This document shows positions 25,901 to 37,900 of a DNA stretch of 64,000 nucleotides, in pieces. This DNA comes from Camelus ferus (Eukaryota), in the NCBI RefSeq assembly GCF_009834535.1, contig NC_045698.1, positions 3,660,001-3,724,000 on the forward strand, given 5' to 3'. A program made the position numbers and the translations under genes. Positions within the stretch are counted from its first letter, which is position 1. Each line of letters opens with the position of its first letter. A model generated the notes under the pieces. That model did not search any database, was not told where the DNA came from, and saw only the letters and a program-made list of their open reading frames with translations.

Positions 25901-28900
25901 ATGTTTTCCCTGTCAAGTTGGTAGCAGTAATTTGGAGCCCAATTTGTAGTTGGTCCCTGAAGTGTAGTATAGCTCTTTATAAAATAAGTTTTTCACTTAA
26001 TTACAACCCCTTTTTAATATGCCCTTTTGTCTTTCCCATGTTATTTTTATCTTTGCTGGTTTTTTTTTTTAATAATTTGTGTGTCTTTCTGGATTGTCTG
26101 AAATCCGTCCAGAAATGATGAGGGTTGACGTGTAGACTGATGGTTAGTAGCAGGGAGTGAACTAGAGTCGTGAGTGTTTGCTGAGCGCTCGCTGTGAAGA
26201 AGCGCGTGCAGTCAGGGCGTCTGTGTCGCTGACTGCCTTGTTGGAGCGTCATTCGGATGAAGATTCAGAGAGGGACAGCCTGGGCTCGGGGCTGCACAGA
26301 ATACGTCTGAGTTTACACACAACATAAATGTTAGATTTACGTATTTCTGTGTTTAATGTAGTGAGTAGTATGTTTATATTTTATAATAAATGTTCCATAA
26401 AAATTACATATAAAGTAATTTATATTATAAAAGCAAATAGCTAACTGTATTTTTTTCTTTCAGAATTTAAATGAATATGTTGAAGCATTAATTACCTTGA
26501 AGCAAAAAATCATTAATACAGAGTGAGTATGTTTTCATGTGTTTGGCTGGACTCCACGAACCCGACATACCGGCGGGAGCAGGTGGTGGTGGTAGAGCCT
26601 CGGGCTGAAAGGGGGACTGGGGTTGCTCACCTGGGGCCTGGGTGGTGTGGGTTCGAGTGAAACCACTCTGGGGCCACCTGCGCAGGAGCCCCTGGTCTTG
26701 GTGCTCAGGCTTTACAAGGCTCAGGGTTAGGACGTGATTTTTGCTAAACTGTAATTTTTTTTTTAAACTGTTGTCTATCTTTAAAGTCTTCTTAGCTTTA
26801 GGACTGGACCTCAGATTTCCTTGTAGTACTTCATGGCCTTGGTATGAGGGTGTTTTTATTTTAATCCTATAAAAGTCAAAGGAATTTATAGGCTAAGATA
26901 TTATTTAGATCAAAGGTATTTTAAATTAAAAGCTCATATATCAGTGCAGTGCTTTAAAGGAATTTAACATGATACATGTTACATTAATTAAACATAAATT
27001 TGTTGCAGGAAACTTGGGATGAAAGGAGCCTGGCACATTTTGAAACATGATTTTAACACAGTATATTTTCAGGATTAAGAAAAGTAACATAAATCTTTTC
27101 TTTGTTGCAGTAATTTGTTAACAGAATATCAGAAGAAATGTGATGATATCCTTTTACTGGCTTTTCCTTTGAAGTTTTAAGAATTCATAGAAATGTGAGA
27201 ATTTTCATGGTCATCTTTCCAAAGGCAGTGTTTTCAGGCTTAATGTAGGAAGTCCCTCTTGCAGGCACAGTAAGCAGCTGGTTTTCTGTTAACACGTGTT
27301 AATGATAAAGGCTGTTCTACGGTGCATTTTGTTTTTGTCTTTGATTTGATTTTTTTTAAGGACTCATAAGCTTTTTAAAGAGCAATTTTTGTTTGTTTGG
27401 TTTTTTGTATTGCAGATGTGACTGTTCTTCAGGGTTAGGAATAATGTTAGACTGAATATGGTGCTGTGAGACAGTTAGGGATCTCTGAAGTGCATTGTAG
27501 AAGTATTCAAGATGTTTGAAAATTAACTTTTGTTAATCAGTTTTGTAATTGTGGAGAATTAACGAGTATATCCAAATCACAGTGTAGTTTCTCATCCATA
27601 CAACGGCCCCGGGGCTCAGTCGGCGTTCGTTGAGTTTGGCTGTGTGGAGCCCCTGTAGTGCAGCAGGCCTCTGTGTTTTCCTGGTGGAGTGAAAACTGGG
27701 TGTGTAATTGCTTCTTCCTCACCTTGTGGTGATGCGTACCTGAATTAAATCTCTCCCGTAACAGTAAACATACATTTTTAGGGATTTTAGGAACAAGCTG
27801 ACTTGCAGCTCCAGCTTCGTATTACAGCCCCCTGTGCTATTCACTTGGGCGGTAGCCTGAGGCCTGCTTCAGTGTGATTTCTGGCGCCCTTAAACTTACT
27901 TACATGCGATCACCAGTCATCGGTGTTGGTACCATCGTATCTAATTTGTGTGATTAGAGTAATAAAATCAAGATGTAGCATGTAGATTTATCTTTAGTAT
28001 CTGAATTTTTACATTCAAAAAAATAGGTCATTGAAAATCTCTCGTGCTTTGTTTGTTGAAACTGCCAGTCTGTTTAATTATAAGTGCATGTTACTGCAAG
28101 AGTAATAGTTTTGATTTTGAAAGCTGTACAGAAGTAGTTCTTAGAAACATTTTTAATTAGCTAAACAGGGAAATAGATAAACAGTTAAGAGAATATGTGT
28201 TCATTATATCCTCTTGGAATAAATAGTATGAATGTTTTAAGGTAATTACACCTGTAATCTGGCAGGGAAACCTTTGATTTACTTTGCTAAAATGTGACTG
28301 CAAAATCTTAAAGTCAGAATTATTAGAATAATTTATTACAAATTGCCAAAACATTTTGATTATTCTTGAATTCTCATTCTGTAATGTGGTCATCTATTTT
28401 AGCTTCAACTGCAAGTAAATACTGATTTTTTTCTAAATACAGTTGGCTTTTGCCCACCATATGTGTTTGTTGTACCTCAAGCGTGCGGTTGTTTGCTCTA
28501 CATCCTGAGGTGCTGGCGCTGAGGGTTAACGTGGCTTCTTATGTGAATTGATTTCTCACTCTTATGTAATTCTGACGTGTTTATTAGTTCTTCTTTCTTC
28601 AGGACAGAGTATATTTTATTTTGTCAGATTTTTTTTTAACTTTTCTTCCTTGCAAAGACTGCAGGGATGTGGGATGAGCAAAATAGACTCCTTAACCCTG
28701 AGAAGTTTACATTCTATGGAGGCGGGTTCAGGTGTGCTGTGACCAACAGACAGCTGTCTCCTGCGACATGAGTAGGGTTGTATAGGAGAGGAAGCTTAAA
28801 GGAATGGTTTTTTGCCGCCTTAGAACATTTTACTGGCAGCATGATGAGAAATGAAGTTTTATCAGATTGTGCAAACTGTACAAGTAAAAGGTTGTCTAGA

Positions 28901-31900
28901 TTTTATGTTCTCTCTGTTATTTATTTTCTCGTTGCTCATTAAATGTAGATGTATATGGTTTTAGTGAATACATAACTCTTTTCTGCTGAAATTACGCTGT
29001 GGACTGAGAAATGAAGGGTGGGTTGTTTGGGTATTCTGATGTATACAGGATTCAAGGTAGTTTCCACCGGTTGCATATTACTTTGTCTTTATTCTTGGAA
29101 TTTACTATTAATCATATATTTGACCAAGACTTTCTTAACTTAGAGAAATAGATATTTTGACTTTTGGTACATGTTATGATAAATAGGGGTAACTCAGTAA
29201 GAAGCTTTATTGCTATGTTACAGATGGAACTTTGAATGTTGTTTTTTAGGAATTATGATCTTGCCTGTATGTGTATTTAACACAGATTATTACAGATGGT
29301 TTTAAGTGGGTTTTTTCTTCAGAACAAATTCCAGCAGATTAAACTATCAGAGTTTTCTTTAACAAGTTTTACAGCTGCAGTTTGCAAGAAGGTAAGCTAC
29401 CTGTTTTCATAGTCGATTTGGGGGAGATGTTTACAGACTAGGTTTTTACAGAGATTCAACAAAGTGCCACATAGAATTGACCCAATGTTTAGGATGTTTC
29501 TTTGATGCTCATAATAAAACAAGATTCACATTTTCCTTACTATTAAATTGTCCAGGTGAATTTCTCACTAAGGTCTTAAATTGCTAGCCTAGAGTTTTAC
29601 CTTTCAGTAACTTACTGACGTGTGGCCTTTGGGGTGAAGCTTATTGCTGTCTCTGAATTCAGCTCTTTAATGTAGCTGTTTTTTGTGCATATTTTAAACA
29701 ATTTAAAAGTTCCTGTGTAGAATTCAGTAGTGTTTTATACTCTGATTGCATTTATCACTTAGAAGGCAAAACATGGTTATAAACTGAATCACAAAATTGC
29801 CCGTCATTTAATTTGAATCAGTGGTTGGAAGAGCCAAATTACCTTGGCAGATTGTTCTTCAATGTATTTTTCAGCAGATTGAGAATCTATTGTATTTGTT
29901 TCTCAAGTGGCTTTTTGATGTACTTTTATTAGAAACAGAATATAATGACAAAGAAATAAAGAGGGATATGCAAATCATTTTGGTATAGAGAGGATGCCTT
30001 GAAAAAGAGAGATTCTTTTCTTTCTTTTTTGTTTTCAGGTAGAAATAAAATCCAAACTCACCAGTAGATGTATTTGATAACTCACTGGAGGTACTTTTGT
30101 AGTGTAACGTTAATGTATTGTCCATTTCTAGAGAGAATAGTACTCTGCATCACCAAGTGGAACAGATGCTTCAAAAAATTTCTCCTCTGCAGAAATGTCA
30201 GGAAGAACTAGGATCTTTAAAAGCAGAGCTAGAAGAGAAAAAGGTACCTAAAGTAATTTTTCTACAAAGGATTATCTTCAATAAATTACAGTCTACTTAT
30301 TTATTATAATTGGGATAAGGGGACGTTCTACAGTCTTAACAAAGGGAGTAAACGATAGGACTCTGTGTATTACTATACTTAGAGAATATTGAACTGGTTG
30401 AAATGGCTTGGTTCTTGCAGGAATTATTAGCTCTGTAATGCTGTATTAGTTGCTTACGCTTTTTGAGAGGTTCGGTAGAGGAACCTCTCAGCAGTGAATT
30501 TTTATGACTCTGTGTCCTGTATCAGTTGCCTTTTCACGCTTTTCTTCCTCTAAGTGTAAAATGACATGCGGAAGTGCAAACTTGAAGTTAGAGACATCGT
30601 GTTCTACATTTCAAAATCAAGTCACTGTGAAACAGTTATTTTAAATGCTGTAAACTTATTTTTTAAATATAAATTTTGGTTTTCTCTTTACTGGAATTCT
30701 TTAAGGAGAATTCATGGCTTTTGTAGTTTTAAAAAAAAAATTCTGAAGCCAATAAAGTTAGGTAGTTTGCATGAGACAAGTCATAGCCAAGCTGGAATGA
30801 TTCCTGGCTTCTCGACCTATTTTCTGAGCTCTTTTCATGATAGTATTTGTGCTTCTCATCTTCAAATTGTGCCATTTTAGTAATGCCATGGACATCTCTG
30901 AGGCTTAAATACTTTAGCAGGGGTTGATTTTCCTGTTTCTGTAGAAAGTCTTTATTGTATATTTAACTCTACAGTAAAAGTTACAGAAACAATCACAATG
31001 TTGAATTTTATTTACTTCTGATTATAAAATAATCTTACCAGCCATACCTGAGAGCAAGCATGAACATTGGAGTCAGACTTGAAAGACTGTCAGTCCTTCA
31101 CTGTGACTTTCAAAGAATAAGTCAGCTTCTGAATCCTCAGACCCCTCATCTGTAAAAGGGGGTCATAATTAAAGCCCTTTTCTCAGAGCTGTGGCGACTG
31201 AAGAACTGTCATGTCACAAGACACTGTCATAGGCTCCCCGAGTGTCCTTCCTGTTCCACAGGGGCCGCAGGGTGTACATACTGATTGGTGTTAACGGGTA
31301 ATGATTTGTTTTATATTTTTGCATAGTAGTGATATTATTTATTAAGCTGTGAAATTTCTTTAGGTTTTGTTGAATTGTAATTGGTTGCGACAAAAATATT
31401 AGCTATTCAATATTATGAAGATTTGGAGTTACCTTGTGATTAGTGTATTTTAAGTTTTACAGCTCTGTTTGATTAGACTGTTAGTCATACTACCTCTGTT
31501 AAGGATCTGGTTATATCCAGTCGTTCAGTGAATTATACTTTGGCTTCCTGCCTAATCATGTTTATTCATTTGGTTAATTTCATAGTGTTAAGTTATAATA
31601 ATTTAGCCTTTTCAGGTCATAACCAGTTATCACTGATGATGAGTGGCTTTTAAGTTGATAATACACATTTCTTCCTTTTTCAGAGTTCTCTGAAGTTGTA
31701 CCAGAACACTCATCAGGAATATGCTCGTGTGAAAGAGGAATGCTTGAAAACTGATGCTCAGTGAGGATTTTTAAAATTATTGTGGAAATAATTTTCATCT
31801 TTGAAAATGTCTAATCCTTAAATCAGTAGTGTTTCTCTTTTCTCTGTTTTTGGGTTGGTTGTTTGCAATTAATTAACTGGGTGATCTTGACCTAGTCTCT

Positions 31901-34900
31901 CAGTATTGGATTCCACATCTGTGAAATGGGAACTGTACCTACATTGAAGGATCAATAGGAGAGTTAAATAAAGCATGTGTTAAAGAGCTGCTCACAGGAA
32001 GGACTGCATAAAAGCTTTTCTGTCTGAATGCCTGCGCGCACGTGTGTCTGTATTATGTTTTCCTAGAGAAAACAGTTATCTCCTGTCTCTGTACCAGTCC
32101 TTTAACAGATGTCATTTGAAATGGGTGTCTTTGTCCCATTAATAAACAGGGCTGTTCAGAAGAAGTCAGTTGATTGTTTTGCAGTTTAATGCTGTATTCA
32201 CATTATTTATAGAACTTGTGAGTGACGTGTGCAGTGGTTTAACGCAGGTGTGATGACACGGTAACTCAGAAACTTTCTCAGGGCTTCTTACCTTCTCTGG
32301 CTCAGAAATCTGTCCTAAAACAAGGGCAGTGTTCCAGCCACTGCCTCCTGTAGAATGGTGGTGTGAACCCTCCCACCCTGTGTGCTCCTAAAAGTAACTT
32401 CACCTAATCAGATGCCAGACTGACTCCGGGAGACCATCTGGACGCATCAGCTTGGCTCAGAGATGGGGCCACAGCAATTCAGGAAAAGGCCCAGACGTGG
32501 CATGTCAGAAAAATGCAGATTTCTGTGATCCACTTTGTGAACATGTCGCCCTGAACAGCGTGCTGCTCTTTGTGGGGTTCACTCTCCCCTCAGAGCAGTT
32601 GCTGGTAATTGTAGTGCTTGTGTGTGATGCTTCATTGTGGCTGACATTTTCTTTGTTATGTAAATCCCAGTAGTTTTTAAAAAATATGTCCTGGAAATTG
32701 TAACATTGAGATTTTTTTTCCTGTTAATTTTTTTTCTTTCTTCTATACCATTTTAATTTGTAAAATTGTATTCTCAGGAAGAAGAAACTAGAAGCCAAGG
32801 TGAAGAAGCTGGAAGGTAATTGGCCCTCTGGTTGTCCATCTAATGGAATTGGTTGTCTCTGTACACATGGTTGGTAACTGCTGGTAACTGCACAGGATTA
32901 TAGTGCTTGGTCAGGCTGAGTCCTGGACTGTGGTGGGGCAGCCCTGGGTGAGTGCATTAGGGCACTGTTAGGAAGAAGTTTGAATACTATTCTCCTCTTG
33001 GTTCCTGGATAGTAACGTGGAAATGGTAGAAATGTGGCAAATCCTGAAGTGTTTGTTCAAAATAATAACAGCCCCTACTTTTACTGTAAAAAGCAGCAAC
33101 CGATAAAAGGATTGAATTTTAAAAGTTGAGTCTCATGGGGCATTCTCATTTTTTCCTAAAGAAGTAAGTGGTTAGTAGAAAAGGTTACTGCTTTTGTACT
33201 GAGGAGCTGATGTATTTGGATGGTCATGACGCACTCGTGGAGGGAGTCCCCGGGGACTCCCCACACCCAGGTCGCCGCTTTGTCCCTGGCCCTCTCCCGG
33301 CCCCAGCCCTCGGTCAGGGGCTGCTGGCGCACCCTGAGCAGGCAGAGTGTCTGCTCAGTCCTCCTGGGGCAGCCCAGAGCCCTTCAGGAGCTGACCTCAA
33401 GATCCTGTCTTCTGTTTAACCATCTTCGTTGAGCGGTTGTGACGTGGAAACAGCATCACGCGGAGACGAGCGGGGCCCGGCCGGCCTCCCAGCTGCTCGC
33501 CCTCTCCCTGCGGCCTGGGCTTCAGCGCCCTGCCGCTGCCCCTGCTTCCCGAGCCTGCCCCCTGCACGCGGGCTCCCGGCTGCGCTCGGCCTCCTCTGGA
33601 GGAGGGAAGGCTCGGTTCTTCTCAGTTCCGGTGTGAAGTAAGAACTTAAACGAAAGTTGCTGAATATATTTTTAGTCATTAACCTGCCTAGATTCAGCCC
33701 AGCTTTTCAGACTTAAACTGTAAATATTTTGCTAACAGCTTTCCCTCTGACTTGCTCGTCGTGCAGCCTGGGCAGGGCAGTGAGCACTCATGGTGCTCTG
33801 TCTAAGGGCTGCCTTCTCTTGCTAGTGTGTGGAGAGAAGTGTCTATTTAAGGTCATTTTTTAAAGGGATCTAAAATGCCTGTGAGACTATATGAATCTTT
33901 TAGAGCAGACTTCCTTTCCAAGTGTGTTTTCCATGTGACAAAAATATTTTCCTCCAGTAAGTGATGGGACGTGATAATCGGGTGAAGAAATGCCCGAGCT
34001 TGTTAGAGGAGTCAGGAGAGGGCTGTTACTGTGGTGTTCGTGGGGATTTTGCTTTTCACAGCAATTGTAATGAACGTATTCAGATAAAGTCAGTACTGCT
34101 CAGATTCTTAATAGTATATTTGAACCATTCAGTGCCTCAGAACCAAAAACTCGAGTTAAGAATTTGCTGTAGACCCACAGAAAGGTTATGCAAATAGCTG
34201 AACGGTAGACCTGCAATAAAGACACTGGGACTTGGGACTGTTGGCTTAGGGAGAGGGAGTGCCAGGCAGAAGGAGCAGCAGTATAGAAGCATCCAGAAGA
34301 CCGCCCCTGCCCCAGATGAAGGGGCCAGTGTGAGCTGTACTCAAGGTGAAACCTGGTCCAAGTCTCTGAAACTTCAGTGCTGCTGAGCGTTAAAGAGCAA
34401 GGGACCGCGGCCTCTCCCGCTCAAGGCCTGGGCGGCGGGCTGTTGCCTGACTAGAGTCTGGCTGGCTGGGGTTAGGACTGGAGCAGGTTCTCAGGGCCTG
34501 CGGCCGTTCTCTGGTCTCACAGGTAGTGGCCTGGACACACACGCTCCTGCACTTCTCCGTGACTCTGACAGTACTGAAGGGACAGCACCTTTTTACAAAA
34601 CGTGTTTCAATTTCAAGAAACAAAAGCTCTCAGTAGATTATTTATTTTGAGCATTTCGTTGACAGTAGTTGTAAATTTGGTAATGATTTTTCTCTCTTCA
34701 CTGCACGCTTTAAATAAAGAGGCTGCCGTCAAGCAAACTCAGGACTTCAAGCAACTGAGGAATGAAAAGAAAATACTTGAAAAGGAATTTAAGAAGACAC
34801 AGGTAATAGCTAGCAGGGGTGCACACGTGTGCCCGGTTCCTGGCCCCAGGGCCCCCTCACGCCCCGGTTGTGCGGGGGTCCGAGCGAGGCCCCGGCGAGG

Positions 34901-37900
34901 ACAGCGGCGCCCTCCCCTCTCGCGCCCTGTCTGGAGCGCTGCATCCTGCACCCGCTGCAGACCCTGCTGGTGTTTTGTTTTCGCAGGAAAGGCTGGATGA
35001 ATTTTCTAAACAGAAAAATGAAAAGGGTGAGTGTTCAGTTAATACTTATTTAAAAGTTCTATTTTGACCTGCAGTTTTGTTTTTTTTTAAACTGTTATTT
35101 CCCCACATTTTTAGAATTGAGACACATTGGAACACAGATTTCAAGTGATTCTTACGGAAGTATCGATAAGAGTGAGTACATTACGAGTTTAGGTTTAATC
35201 TCTGTGCGTTACTTTAGTGGTTTGGGAGGCTGCTTGTTGCTCTTACCTGTAATTGTGTGAATTCCAGGGTTTGTCCATGTGTTTTGTTAGAAGAAGCCAT
35301 GTCCTCTTTCCTGTCTTCATCAGCTCCGTGTTTGTTATCACCACCTTGCTGTCTGATAGAATAATACAGTGAATGAAAAAGTCAAAAAGCAGTATTGTTT
35401 GGGAAAGAAAAATCATAAAAGGTATAATTTCCATAGTCTTCAATAAATAAGTGTAGTTTTCTCTTTAGATTACAATTTATCAAGTTAATGTATTAAATTT
35501 CTTAGGTGCCAAATACATAAAAATGGTGAAATTCAGGGAGGCAAACTGTGGAGCCAAAGCCGGATGGTGTTTCTGGAAGACAGGAGGGTCAGGGAAGGCC
35601 CCTTGCAGCTGCAGGGAGCGGGGCAGTGGTGGCAGGGCGGGGCGTCCCCGGCGCTCCGGAGCGCGTGGGGCGGCAGGGCCGTGCAGATGGGCGGGTGTGG
35701 CTCCGCGTGGGGGCTGGAGTTTTCACAGGGGTGTTTCTGTTTGTTGTGTGACCCTGGCCAGCGGCTTCCCTTCTTTGTGTTTTCATTCCTGATGTTGGAA
35801 AGGAGATGATGAATTTCTGCTCTGCCTATCTTGCACATTTTTGGTAGAGATCGATTCAAAATGGTAAAGAAGTAAATGATGGCATTTTCATGTCACTCAT
35901 GTTTTCTCCAAATGGAAGTTATTAAAACCACTTACATTGTTTTGTGCGGGTACGTAGTGTCCCTTCAGAAATCTCCTTCACTTTCAGCTTCTTTTCCTTC
36001 GTTTTTTTTTTTTTTTTTTTTTTTTCCTTTCTTTTCCCCGTGGCCCAAGGCTTAAGACTTGGACAGTTCACACCTGTCAGTTGCCTGGGCCCTGATTCTC
36101 TGTTGATCGCTGTCCCTGATACATAATTCCATGTGCTTTTGACTCTTCTTCCTACTCTTGTGTGTGGAAAGTGAGACTTTGAGAAATAGAGGACTTGGCT
36201 TTCCCAACTCACAGTCAGCTGTTGAGTGTAACCACCTCTGCACAGACAGGTTTGCTTCAGGGTTTGGCGCTTCTCCGGCTTCCCTGTTAAAACAGAGCCC
36301 TACCCCTCCGTAGTCTGTCTCTAGCCTTACATTCTGTTTCATTTTCTTCAAAGAACTAGTTACTGTCTCAAGTAAAATCTCTCTCCTTTTTTTTTTTTTT
36401 AAATCTACCCTCAGTGTGAGAGAGTGGATATTCTTTATTGTACATTTTACTTTTTCCAAATAAATGAATGAAGTCTTTAGGAATCTGTTGATTATTTAGC
36501 TGTGGGCCTTGGTGGGTTTAATTCCTAATTCTTGTGTATATCTTTAACACTTTTCTCTGTTAATGCCTGACTTCTGAATGAGATTTAAAGTGAGGCAGAA
36601 AGAGTGTTGGGTTGGCTTCACTTTTAAAAAGACTGCCTAAGTGCTATGTTTGTCTGCCTGCTTTCCTTTCAGATTCCAATAAAAAAATGGCAGAAGATTT
36701 TTTTAAAAAAGAATAGCTCTCCTTTATCCTTAAAAAGTGCTAGAAATTAATGAGGAAGATGTAAAGCAGAATGATGTCAGCTGGTGATGAAACCCAAATT
36801 ACAGAGAAAACAGCAGCCCTCAGAAAGCAGGTTTTCACTGCAGGAGCCTGTGTCTCCCCAAATCTGAGGTGGCAGGAGTGGGGAGGGAGCAGGGCCTTAG
36901 CAGTTTGCCCTGGATTGATTGATTAGGGGGTCAAAAATCTATAGCCTTATGGTTTCAGGAACAGTTTCTGGTGAGTCCTACAGGGTGTGGCCCGACATTT
37001 AGTTCTCTGAAGTGTTAGGACGTGAGGGGGCCCAGAGTGGGTGTGGATGTCAGGAAATTGTATTAATTATATGGCTGCTTTGAGGGATAGCCTCTTGTGT
37101 TCATTCCTAGAAAATGGGACATTTGTGTGTGTGTGCTGTCAGTCCTCACAGCTGCCTTTGCCCTGCTCCCCTCCTCCTGAAGGCAGGGTCCCATAGGTTT
37201 CATCTAGAACCGAGAAAAAGCAGGGACGGGAAAGAAAGGCGCCAGACTCAAGAAAAAACTGGTCTCTGAAGAGGTGATATCCTTAGAGAGTGTCTAGGAA
37301 CATACCTGTAGGCTCTGCTGTGAAATCTGAGTTGGGGGTCCTCAAATACTAACCATACGATTGTAGAAATAAACCCACTAGAAAGGCTGGATTGTTGAGT
37401 GGACAAATAGAAGATTGCTGCAGTGAACCAAGAGATTTAGTCGTGGTCGTCTCTGAGAAAGTGCTGTAAAACGACAAGGTAAGGAAAGGTATAAGGGAAA
37501 ATCTGAGACTGGAGTCATGCAGCCAGGTGTTGTAATTGTTATCTCGGACTTTTCAGAGGTGAGGACAGGGTGTAAGGAGAGAATGTGATCGAGAAATAAT
37601 AGAAAGAAACCTCCCCGAGCAGAACGCGGGTGTAATGCTTCGTTAGAAAATCCTCCAGCCATAGAGCGTGTTTGTTACGTGCAGCCTCCACCTGATCTTG
37701 TCATAGGAAATGCATTTCAGATCAAGTGAAGCAGAAAGATTGAATATAGGGGGATAGGAAAAAAAAATTCCAAGCAGATACTAACTTGAAAGTAGTAATA
37801 AAGGCAAAAAAATTCAAGCCTAGAAATGAATTTCCGGGGATTAAAAGGAAATGTCTAGACTGAGTAAAGGTGCAGTTCATCCAGAAGCTGCTGCTCTCAT

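Noticed and set aside
28206..37285. Extra U12-donor-like words ATATCCTCT (28206) and ATATCCTTA (37277) as possible U11-binding enhancers
   Set aside because: They are single copies, not the tandem arrangement of known U11-binding enhancers, and several such short words are expected by chance in 64 kb
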